The notes under the pieces were generated by a model. The model made no database searches, was not told the DNA's origin, and saw only the letters and a list, made by a program, of their open reading frames with translations. Positions 34,923-43,244 of a stretch of DNA of 64,000 nt are shown piece after piece (position 1 is the stretch's first letter; every line of letters starts with the position of its first letter). Both the position numbers and the translations under genes were made by a program. Source of the DNA: an uncultured Nitrospiraceae bacterium (GTDB taxonomy: Bacteria; Nitrospirota; Thermodesulfovibrionia; Thermodesulfovibrionales; Dissulfurispiraceae); contig CAVSHF010000003.1 of assembly GCA_963727805.1 (NCBI GenBank), positions 224,001 through 288,000 of the forward strand, in the 5' to 3' direction.

Positions 34923-36254
34923 TTATGCAATTTGTGACATTCCGCTGTATTCATTGGCCTTCGAGTCCATGACGTTCCCGTAGACGTCTTTTCCGCCGAA
35001 CCTGAACATGATGTGCTCCGGGTCAATGGTGCCATTGCCGCTGGTGTTTTGAGTAATACTGAATTGTACTGTAGCAGTCTGTGTGACTGAATTATAGGAA
35101 ACGCCAAGAGGTATCGGAGAAATAGTTGCCTCAGTGGGGTTTATCGTCATCCCGAAATTATAAGCCCCACCCGGATCCGAGCCTGTAGAGCGGCTAATCT
35201 GCCAGTTCATAACGTTTTGTACGGAACTGGGATCCATGTTGTTACTGAATACAAAGTTCATAGACTCTATCTTTATAGTATTAGGTTGTGAATATGCCGG
35301 GTCCATTGTTGACAGTTGGGTATTAGGCCCAAGCGCTGGATTGAATCCAGAACTGTAAACAGTCACTATTTTGGGATCCGTGTGTTGGGTAATATATGCT
35401 TGGAGCAGAGTCTCAGCAGCTTTGCTGGTTGTTGAAGAATTTGTTGAATTACTGCTTGCCGTAGATGTTGCCGACGATGAATCCGTTGTGGAAGAATCGG
35501 CCATAGCAGTAAGTACTTTCATTTGATCATTGGCAGCACTTAAGTTTTTCATGTCCACATAAGTTTCCCCAAGCTCCAGAAGTGAGTTGCTATCTTTGGG
35601 GCTGATGTCTAGTGCCTTACCAAGTTCGTTTATAGCCGCACTATAGTTGCCCATCTTATGGTAAAGCTGTCCAAGAGCAGAATACCCGCTGGAATCATTC
35701 GGGGTCAGCTGCACTACCATTTTGAATTGGGTTTCTGCGGCTGTGTAATTGCCTGCTGCCATATACGCCTGCCCCAGCGAGTAATTATCTGATGAGGTTC
35801 CGGGATTCTCCGCTACGGCTTTAGAGTAAGCCTTGATTGCGTCAGTGTAATCTTTCTGGCCATAATATACATCTCCTAAGGCACAATCTATCGTGTCACT
35901 TTGCGGAAAGACCTCTTGCGCTTGCTTAAAGAGCTTGATGGCCGCATCATTATTCCCTTGTTTCTGATAGATTCCAGCCAGTAATTGATACGCCTGCACC
36001 GAATTGTCAGAATATGGTGACAGTCCTATAGATAATTTATAATCCGTTATTGCCTCTTGCGTATTTCCGCTTTGTTGCGCATTAGTACCATTGGATAGAG
36101 CGGAAGCCGCGATGTTGTCTATCATGTCTTGCGTGGGAGCTGTGGATGAAAACAGATCGTCCACCTGCATGTTTTGCTTGTTTTGGTCACTTGACGCGCC
36201 GACGCTTGTAGATAAGCCTATGCCTATTGACGGTGTTAACCAGATATCCGACAT
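34923..36254 (-). CDS. TPR-repeat protein with a C-terminal beta-rich (Ig-like) domain
   Basis: About 6 TPR units (aa ~50-250), a Ser/Thr linker, then beta-rich FVFSNNMDPSSVQN..NWQI; no Sec signal. Confidence 0.85.
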   Translation of the reverse strand: MSDIWLTPSIGIGLSTSVGASSDQNKQNMQVDDLFSSTAPTQDMIDNIAASALSNGTNAQQSGNTQEAITDYKLSIGLSPYSDNSVQAYQLLAGIYQKQGNNDAAIKLFKQAQEVFPQSDTIDCALGDVYYGQKDYTDAIKAYSKAVAENPGTSSDNYSLGQAYMAAGNYTAAETQFKMVVQLTPNDSSGYSALGQLYHKMGNYSAAINELGKALDISPKDSNSLLELGETYVDMKNLSAANDQMKVLTAMADSSTTDSSSATSTASSNSTNSSTTSKAAETLLQAYITQHTDPKIVTVYSSGFNPALGPNTQLSTMDPAYSQPNTIKIESMNFVFSNNMDPSSVQNVMNWQISRSTGSDPGGAYNFGMTINPTEATISPIPLGVSYNSVTQTATVQFSITQNTSGNGTIDPEHIMFRFGGKDVYGNVMDSKANEYSGMSQIA

Positions 36255-36305
36255 TAATTTCCCCTCGTTACTATTCGGATATAAACAACGCTTTTCATAC
36301 AGTAA

Positions 36306-36332
36306 TTATCGGTACATAAGACTGAAACTTTA
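36306..36332 (-). promoter_or_regulatory. sigma28 promoter of the TPR gene
   Basis: TAAAGTTT-N11-ACCGATAA on the minus strand. Confidence 0.88.
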
Positions 36333-36486
36333 GGCTTGCACAAAGATAATAATATGCAGCCGCATAAGTATAAGGCGCTATAACGAGCTTGTGATTTTGA
36401 AAAAAATGTCTTAAAGTGTTATTTTATCAAGTGTTAGAGCTAAACACTTGCGGATATTTATATGAAAAGGAGGATTCTCGCCACCT

Positions 36487-36960
36487 ATGAAACGCGTGCC
36501 GATGACGCCTGAAGGCTATCAGAAGATGAAAGAAGAGCTCGACAGGCTCCTTAAAGTAGATAGACCAAAGAATATTAGGGATATTGCCGAGGCGAGGGCC
36601 CACGGCGACCTTTCCGAAAATGCGGAATACCATGCCGCCAGGGAGAAGCAATCATTTTTGGAGGGACGGATCCAGGAACTCCAGGCTAATATCTCAATGG
36701 CTGAGGTAATAGACGCCTCGAAGATAAACCAGTCAAGGGTTGCCTTCGGCGCGAAGGTCAAGGTTTTCGATGTTGAAGCCGATGAAGAATACGTATTTAC
36801 TATCGTGGGGACTGAAGAAGCCAATGTGAAGAGCGGCAAGATATCTATTACCTCGCCTGTTGCACGCGCTTTAATCGGCAAGGAGGTCGGTGACGTTGCC
36901 GTTGTTAAGGCCCCTGCCAGGACTATTGAATACGAGGTCGTCGAGATAACCTTTGAGTAG
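36487..36960 (+). CDS. greA: Transcription elongation factor GreA
   Basis: ARAHGDLSENAEYHAA, ISITSPVARALIGK. Confidence 0.97.
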   Translation: MKRVPMTPEGYQKMKEELDRLLKVDRPKNIRDIAEARAHGDLSENAEYHAAREKQSFLEGRIQELQANISMAEVIDASKINQSRVAFGAKVKVFDVEADEEYVFTIVGTEEANVKSGKISITSPVARALIGKEVGDVAVVKAPARTIEYEVVEITFE

Positions 36961-37720
36961 AATTTTTGACGCCACAGTTGTTGACAATACCTCCATCAGC
37001 AACTTTTTCAAAATCATTTCTATGCGTCCGCTTTCTGAAATTAACATCCCTGAAGCGGGCCAGTTTTTTATGCTTCAGACCGGCAAGACGTATGATCCCC
37101 TCTTAAAAAGACCCTTCAGTCTTTTTAGATATCAGAACGGGATTCTGCAATTCCTCTATCGGATACGGGGAAAGGGCACCATGTGCATAGCGGACATAAA
37201 GGCGGGTGAAGTGGTGCAAATCCTTGGTCCCCTCGGTAATGCATATCCGGTCCCCGCGGGAGATTTTATCGTCGTTTCGGGAGGCATCGGAATAGCATCC
37301 ATCTTTTCACTTCTGCAAAAGTCCCCTAATAAGGCTTATCTATTCTACGGCGCGCGAAATTGCGACGAACTGCTCATGCTTGACGAAGCGAAGGCATTGG
37401 CCAAAGACGTTTACATAACCACCGATGATGGAACGGTGGGCAAGAAAGGGCTGATAACCGGACCATTAAAAGAGCATATGGAGTCTGCTGAGTTTACAGA
37501 GAAACCTCTACCTATTTATACGTGCGGCCCAACCCCTATGTTAAAAGAGATCGCCCGGATCCTTAGGGGCAGAGGGTTAACCTGCTATGCTTCGCTGGAA
37601 GAAGTCATGGCGTGCGGAGTGGGGGCTTGCCTTGGCTGTGTGACCAAAACGATATCGGGGTATAAGAGGGTGTGCAAGGAAGGACCGGTATTCAATATCG
37701 AGGATATCGTATGGGAATAG
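36953..37720 (+). CDS. pyrK: Dihydroorotate dehydrogenase electron transfer subunit
   Basis: [34 protein letters not shown]. Confidence 0.93.
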   Translation: MSRIFDATVVDNTSISNFFKIISMRPLSEINIPEAGQFFMLQTGKTYDPLLKRPFSLFRYQNGILQFLYRIRGKGTMCIADIKAGEVVQILGPLGNAYPVPAGDFIVVSGGIGIASIFSLLQKSPNKAYLFYGARNCDELLMLDEAKALAKDVYITTDDGTVGKKGLITGPLKEHMESAEFTEKPLPIYTCGPTPMLKEIARILRGRGLTCYASLEEVMACGVGACLGCVTKTISGYKRVCKEGPVFNIEDIVWE

Positions 37721-38691
37721 AGAAAAAAAGAATAAAGAGTAAAGAGCAAACGATAAAGAACAAAGAAGTCGGTAAAAGTGAGCCGAATCTCTCGGTGCAA
37801 ATTGCAGGGTTAAAGCTCAGGAATCCTGTAATGACTGCGTCGGGCACGTTCGGGTACGGTGAAGAATATGCTGAATTTGTCGATTTGAACAGGCTCGGCG
37901 CTATTGTTGTTAAAGGACTTTCTATTGTTCCCAAGATGGGGAATCCTGCACCAAGGATTGTCGAAACCCCTTCGGGCATGCTGAATGCGATAGGTTTGCA
38001 AAACATCGGGATCCAAGCTTTTATCAAGGGGAAACTTCCATTTTTGAGGCAATTCGATACCCCAGTCATTGTAAATTTCTTTGGGGACAGCATCGATGAA
38101 TTCGTTCAGGCTGCCGAGCAATTGAGCAATACTGAAGGCATCCACGGGCTAGAGATGAACATTTCCTGCCCGAATAAGCAGGCGGGCTGGTGCATATTCG
38201 GCACGGACCCGAAAATAATGAGCGAGGTAGTATCAGCGGTAAGAAAGAGGACAAATCTCCCCCTGATCGTGAAGCTTTCTCCCAATGTTACTGATATCGG
38301 GGCGATGGCGAAGGTTGCAGAAAATGCTGGCGCTGATGCAGTGTCTCTCATAAACACGATTACCGGCATGGCCATAGATATCAGGCGGCGCAGGCCGGTT
38401 CTGGCCAATGTAACCGGAGGGCTATCGGGTCCTGCTGTCAAACCTATAGCGGTCAGAATGGTTTGGGAGGCCCGCAAAGCCGTAAAGATACCAATTATAG
38501 GATTGGGCGGGATCATGAGCACAGGTGATGCCCTCGAATTTCTCATTGCCGGCGCAGCAGCCATTGCAGTGGGTACCGCCAACTTCATTAATCCGCTTGC
38601 AACGATACAAATCATCGATGGAATCAAGAGGTTTCTTGAAGAGGAAGGGCTTACTGATATCAATCATCTCATCGGATGTCTAAAAGTTTAG
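37711..38691 (+). CDS. pyrD: Dihydroorotate dehydrogenase class 1B
   Basis: [46 protein letters not shown] 37711 has a GAGGA RBS. Confidence 0.96.
   Translation: MGIEKKRIKSKEQTIKNKEVGKSEPNLSVQIAGLKLRNPVMTASGTFGYGEEYAEFVDLNRLGAIVVKGLSIVPKMGNPAPRIVETPSGMLNAIGLQNIGIQAFIKGKLPFLRQFDTPVIVNFFGDSIDEFVQAAEQLSNTEGIHGLEMNISCPNKQAGWCIFGTDPKIMSEVVSAVRKRTNLPLIVKLSPNVTDIGAMAKVAENAGADAVSLINTITGMAIDIRRRRPVLANVTGGLSGPAVKPIAVRMVWEARKAVKIPIIGLGGIMSTGDALEFLIAGAAAIAVGTANFINPLATIQIIDGIKRFLEEEGLTDINHLIGCLKV
37731..37765 (+). repeat. Degenerate heptamer tandem repeat (ARYAAAG x5) in the pyrD 5' end
   Basis: aataaag agtaaag agcaaac gataaag aacaaag. Confidence 0.6.
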
Positions 38692-38706
38692 TGTCGAGGC
38701 AACGCA

Positions 38707-39519
38707 ATGGGAGACGATGGTGGCCATCCTGAAATGTCACACATAATAACCCTCACTACGGACTTCGGCTATAAAGATCCTTTTACTGCCGAGATGAAAG
38801 GTGTCATACTTTCTATCAAATATTCGTCTATCATCGTTGATATTACCCATGGAATCGAACCCTTTAACATCCTCGAAGCGGCATTTGTCATTGGATCGTC
38901 ATTCAAATATTTCCCCTCAGGTACTGTGCACATCGTCATTGTCGATCCCGGCGTCGGTTCTGATCGAAGATCGATCATCATCGAAGCAGGCGACCACTTT
39001 TTTGTGGGGCCAGATAATGGAGTATTTTCTGCTATTTTGCAGGGAGCGTCATCGACAAAATGTATCCACATCGCAAATCAAGCATATATGCTTACAAAGG
39101 AGAGCCCGACGTTTCAGGGAAGGGACATATTTGCGCCTGTTGCGGCATGGCTTTTGAAAGGCATAAGTCCTTCAGACGTAGGTCCTGAAATTTCCGATCC
39201 CACGGTGATTATAATTCCCCGGCCTTCTAAGACTAGTGAAGGGCTTTCAGGTGAGGTAATTTATCTTGATCAGTTTGGAAATGCCATCACTAACATCACT
39301 GCAGGCGACCTTGAACCGCTTGGTAATGGTTATGCGGTACAGATCAAGGAAAGCCATTTCGTTCCGGTAAATCACTATGCTCAATCCTCTCCCGGCAGCT
39401 TATGTTGTCTTGTCAACAGTTCGGGTCATCTCGAGATCTTCACCTCCCGCAATAATGCGTCACGGCTGTTCCGAATTGGAAAGGGCGACGCCGTTTTCGT
39501 CCGACCGGTAATGGCTTGA
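38707..39519 (+). CDS. SAM hydrolase / chlorinase-fluorinase family protein (DUF62)
   Basis: ITLTTDFG, DITH, VDPGVGSDR, GPDNG, TFQGRDIFAP, DQFGN; start may be ATG 38734. Confidence 0.92.
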   Translation: MGDDGGHPEMSHIITLTTDFGYKDPFTAEMKGVILSIKYSSIIVDITHGIEPFNILEAAFVIGSSFKYFPSGTVHIVIVDPGVGSDRRSIIIEAGDHFFVGPDNGVFSAILQGASSTKCIHIANQAYMLTKESPTFQGRDIFAPVAAWLLKGISPSDVGPEISDPTVIIIPRPSKTSEGLSGEVIYLDQFGNAITNITAGDLEPLGNGYAVQIKESHFVPVNHYAQSSPGSLCCLVNSSGHLEIFTSRNNASRLFRIGKGDAVFVRPVMA

Positions 39520-39569
39520 GCTAACAGCCACGTTTAAGTGCACATCTTAAAACTCAGAAGTGTTGCTGA

Positions 39570-39602
39570 ATACTTGACATAAACAGTCTGGTATTATAAA
39601 TT
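39570..39602 (+). promoter_or_regulatory. IscR type-1-like operator overlapping a sigma70 promoter
   Basis: ATACTTGACATAAACAGTCTGGTAT; TTGACA-N17-TAAATT. Confidence 0.75.
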
Positions 39603-39607
39603 AATAT

Positions 39608-40042
39608 ATGCTGAGATTATCTACAAAGGGGCAATACGGGGTGCGGGCCATGTTTGAGATTGCTCGTGGTTTCCCTGATAAACCTGTCACCATCAGAAAG
39701 ATATCTGAGAGGCAAGACGTATCAGTAGCTTATCTGGAACAGATACTCAACAGGCTTCGCAAGGCTGGTCTCATTAAAAGCGTCAAGGGTCCGGGAGGCG
39801 GATATCTTCTGAGTAAGAATCCCGTTGAAATAAGCATAGCCGCTATCCTGAAAGAACTCGAAGGCCCGGTAGCTATTACGTCCTGTTTGAATCCGCTAGA
39901 GGGCTGCGTTCGGGTGGATTCATGTGTGACGCACCTGCTTTGGAAGGCCCTTGGGGAACAGGTCGAAGCCTTTCTGCAGACGATTACGCTTCGTAATCTC
40001 GTTGCTGGAGAATTTACTAAAAAGAAGGCGATACATAGTTGA
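39608..40042 (+). CDS. iscR: Rrf2-family regulator, IscR-like
   Basis: LSTKGQYGVRAM, YLEQI..L, SVKGPGGGY, three Cys plus His (C..C..C..H); upstream of iscS/iscU. Confidence 0.88.
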   Translation: MLRLSTKGQYGVRAMFEIARGFPDKPVTIRKISERQDVSVAYLEQILNRLRKAGLIKSVKGPGGGYLLSKNPVEISIAAILKELEGPVAITSCLNPLEGCVRVDSCVTHLLWKALGEQVEAFLQTITLRNLVAGEFTKKKAIHS

Positions 40043-40067
40043 CATATTTGCTCAACTACTTTACCCT
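40035..40067 (+). promoter_or_regulatory. Second IscR-like operator / sigma70 promoter
   Basis: ATAGTTGACATATTTGCTCAACTAC; TTGACA-N17-TACCCT. Confidence 0.65.
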
Positions 40068-40073
40068 GTTAAT

Positions 40074-40328
40074 ATGAAATTCGTTCATAACGTAAAAGCT
40101 GATGTGACAGCGGACATTGTTTATATGATGTGTCCTATGCATTTGCTTAAACTTGACGAAATGATAAAGGAGCTTGATTTCGGCCAGGTCCTCCAAGTCC
40201 TTACTGACTACGATGGTGCCCTTGAAGACATACCGCAGTGGTGCGAGAGAACCGGCAACGAATTTATCGGCATGGATGAGAGCGAAGATTTCTACCGGTT
40301 CTATATAAGGAAGACAGCCAAAGCCTAG
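40074..40328 (+). CDS. TusA/SirA-family sulfur carrier
   Basis: D...MMCPM, GQVLQVLTD..GALEDIP.WC..TGNE, FYIRK. Confidence 0.88.
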   Translation: MKFVHNVKADVTADIVYMMCPMHLLKLDEMIKELDFGQVLQVLTDYDGALEDIPQWCERTGNEFIGMDESEDFYRFYIRKTAKA

Positions 40329-40407
40329 AAAGTCGTATCACGACCAACTTTTTCTGCTCTTAAATGGGGAAAGTTGACAGGTTGTGATGGGTAGAAAAGG
40401 AGATAAT

Positions 40408-41607
40408 ATGAAAAAATGCTATTTTGACCACGCAGCGACAGACCCGTTGCATCCGGCGGTTTTAGAGGCTATGATGCCCTATTTGAAGGAGGAGTTCGGC
40501 AATGCTCTTAGCGTCTATGATCTTGGCACGAGGGCGAGAGACGCTATAGAGAACGCGCGGCAGGAAGTTGCGGGACTGATCAATGCCAAGCCATCGGGTA
40601 TTATATTTACCTCCAGCGGTGTCGAAGCTAACAATACTGCCCTCAGGGGCATCGCTCTGGCCAACCAGGCAAAGGGAAAACATATCATCGTCTCCAAGGC
40701 AGAACATCATTCGATCCTTAACAGCGCGCGCTTCTTGGAAAAGAGCGGGTTTGTTGTAACCTACCTGCCGGTCGATAAATACGGCCTTGTCGATCCCGAA
40801 GTAGTAGCGAATTCGATCACTAAAGAAACGATCCTTATTTCAGTTACTCATGCGAGCCGGGAAATCGGCACGATAGAACCTATAAAAGCTATAGCGGCAA
40901 TTGCAAAAGAAAGAAATATCGTTTTTCATGCGGATGCCGTCGCGACCACGGGGAACATCCCCTTAGATGTCGACGAGCTCGGGGTCGATCTGCTGAGCAT
41001 GACAGCACATCAATTCTACGGACCGAAGGGGGTTGGGGCCCTCTATGTACGTGAAGGGATGCGCCTTGTCCCGCTTATATATGGAGGTATACAGGAAGGC
41101 GGAAGAAGAGCCGGCACAGAAAATGTGGCAGCCATCGTCGGCATGGGGAAAGCTGCTGCTCTTGCGCGTTCTGATATGGCCTCCCGAATGGAGCACTGCG
41201 TAAAATTACGGAATGCATTGATTGAGGGTGTTTTAAAAATTCCCCGTGTTTACCTGACAGGGCATCCCGAGAACAGGCTCCCTAACCATGCGAGCTTCGT
41301 GGTCGAGTACATCGAAGGAGAGGCGATGCTCCTCATGCTTTCAATGAAGGGTATTTACGCCGCCAGCGGATCGGCATGCTCGTCAAAAGCGCTGAAATCC
41401 TCTCCAGTGTTGATGTCGCTTGGTATACCGTCAGCACTGGCGCAGGGTTCCATTGTATTCACCCTTGGAACTGACAATTCCCAAGAGGATGTAGCATACT
41501 TCCTTAATGAGTTCCCTGTTATAATTAAAAGGTTGCGGGAGATGTCTCCCTTTGCGAAAGGGTGGGGCGATGAAGGTCAGGGCGATAAATGTTACGTAGG
41601 AGGATAA
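40408..41607 (+). CDS. iscS: Cysteine desulfurase IscS/NifS
   Basis: YFDHAAT, AEHHS, FYGPKGVG, RAGTENV, ASGSACSS; AAAGGAG RBS before ATG 40408. Confidence 0.93.
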   Translation: MKKCYFDHAATDPLHPAVLEAMMPYLKEEFGNALSVYDLGTRARDAIENARQEVAGLINAKPSGIIFTSSGVEANNTALRGIALANQAKGKHIIVSKAEHHSILNSARFLEKSGFVVTYLPVDKYGLVDPEVVANSITKETILISVTHASREIGTIEPIKAIAAIAKERNIVFHADAVATTGNIPLDVDELGVDLLSMTAHQFYGPKGVGALYVREGMRLVPLIYGGIQEGGRRAGTENVAAIVGMGKAAALARSDMASRMEHCVKLRNALIEGVLKIPRVYLTGHPENRLPNHASFVVEYIEGEAMLLMLSMKGIYAASGSACSSKALKSSPVLMSLGIPSALAQGSIVFTLGTDNSQEDVAYFLNEFPVIIKRLREMSPFAKGWGDEGQGDKCYVGG

Positions 41608-41611
41608 GGCG

Positions 41612-41983
41612 ATGTATTCTGAAAAAGTGATGGACCATTTCATGAATCCGAGGAATGTCGGCGAAATGCCGGATGCAGACGGTGTTGGCATGGAAGGCAA
41701 TCCCACGTGTGGCGACGCCATGCAGATATTCATAAAGGTTGAAAATGATCGGATTGTTGATGCTAAGTTCAAGACCTTCGGCTGCGGTGCTGCTATAGCC
41801 GTCAGCAGTATGGTTACCGAAATGGTGAAGGGCAAGACCCTCGACGAAGCCCTGAGCATGTCGAAAGAAGCCGTTGCTGCGGAGTTGGGAGGCTTGCCTC
41901 CGCAGAAGATGCATTGTTCAAATCTGGGAGCTGATGCACTCAAAAAGGCTATTGAAGATTACCGGAGTAAGAAAAAATCTTGA
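41612..41983 (+). CDS. iscU: Fe-S cluster scaffold IscU/NifU-N
   Basis: YSEKVMDHF.NPRNVG, CGD, FGCG, LPPQKMHCS. Confidence 0.95.
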   Translation: MYSEKVMDHFMNPRNVGEMPDADGVGMEGNPTCGDAMQIFIKVENDRIVDAKFKTFGCGAAIAVSSMVTEMVKGKTLDEALSMSKEAVAAELGGLPPQKMHCSNLGADALKKAIEDYRSKKKS

Positions 41984-42008
41984 CAAATCTTGGCCATCGC
42001 TCTAAAAT
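41980..42008 (+). promoter_or_regulatory. sigma70 promoter of the romR-like gene
   Basis: TTGACA-N17-TAAAAT. Confidence 0.75.
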
Positions 42009-42044
42009 TTGACAAAGCCTAATTATCAGTGAAAGGGGCCGAAA

Positions 42045-43139
42045 ATGGCATATAAGCTCTTGTTGGCGGATGACAGTCAGACCATTCAAAAAGTAGTGGA
42101 GCTTGTCCTCAATCCTGAGGGATTCGATATCATGGCTTATGACGATGGTCAAGAGGCAGTGAAGGCCCTTGAATCTATGATGCCTGATATAGTTCTGGCT
42201 GATATCGAAATGCCAAAATTGAACGGCTATCAATTATGTGAGAAAATCAAGGGAGATGCAGCAACACTTCATGTCCCTGTCATCCTTCTGGCCGGTGCGT
42301 TTGAACCCTTCGATGAAGACTATGCGAAGTCAGTCGGTGCCGATGATTTCATTCTGAAGCCATTCGAGTCTCACGAATTGATAAGCAAAGTCAAATCCCT
42401 CATCAGCCAGCAAGAGACATTGGGAATATCTCCACGGGCGAGTGCGGAGAGCATGACCGCCGAGACATCAAAAATACCGGAGTTCGAGCCGGTTGCAGCA
42501 GCGCCCGTACAGGAAACAGAATGGGCAGAAAGCTTCACTTTTGACCAGGAAGAAGAGTTTGCGCTACCCTTAGAAAAAGATGTTATGGTAACACTTTCTC
42601 CAGGAGTGAAGGCATTTGATGAGGAACTCATGGAGAGCTTTCAGGCAATTGAAGATGAGAGCAAAGCAGCATCTGGCGTTGCGGCTGGAGGCGAATCGAA
42701 GGAAATCTCCATAGAAGAGATATCGAAGATGGTGAAAGAAGCTATGGGGGAACCGATATCGTCCCTGGCGGAACAGGAACCCTCAGCACCACGAGGGAAA
42801 ATCACTCCCGTTGGGATTTCGGAGATGAGCACGACGGCTATTGATGATCTCGTTCAGGATTCTGTACACTATCAGACTGGCACTTTGAAAAGCGTCGTCG
42901 ACACGGCAGTCAGGGAAAGAATCCAAGAAATTCTTCCGTCGATTCTTAAGGATTCTGTTGAACGGGCGGTATCCGACACGGTCCCGAATCTGCTTGAGGA
43001 GGCGTTGCGGGCATCGCTGAAGGAGATAACCGGTTTTCTTCATACCGCGATCAACGACGAAATAAAGAAGGTAGTTCCCGATCTTGCGGAATCAATCATC
43101 AAGCGGGAAATCGAGAAGATAACTTCCGAGCTTGCTTAG
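42045..43139 (+). CDS. RomR-like response regulator / polar scaffold
   Basis: Receiver with ADDS.TI.KV, LLAG.FE.FDE, KPFES; acidic disordered linker; C-terminal VVPDLAESIIKREIEK; adjacent to valS. Confidence 0.75.
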   Translation: MAYKLLLADDSQTIQKVVELVLNPEGFDIMAYDDGQEAVKALESMMPDIVLADIEMPKLNGYQLCEKIKGDAATLHVPVILLAGAFEPFDEDYAKSVGADDFILKPFESHELISKVKSLISQQETLGISPRASAESMTAETSKIPEFEPVAAAPVQETEWAESFTFDQEEEFALPLEKDVMVTLSPGVKAFDEELMESFQAIEDESKAASGVAAGGESKEISIEEISKMVKEAMGEPISSLAEQEPSAPRGKITPVGISEMSTTAIDDLVQDSVHYQTGTLKSVVDTAVRERIQEILPSILKDSVERAVSDTVPNLLEEALRASLKEITGFLHTAINDEIKKVVPDLAESIIKREIEKITSELA

Positions 43140-43244
43140 CAGGCCCGTTTGCTAACCTCCAGAAGAGCCGATATATTCCTGCCCCTCGTCAAAATACGAT
43201 TAAAGATAATAAGTTAATGCGATAATAAATATAACGGGAACAGC

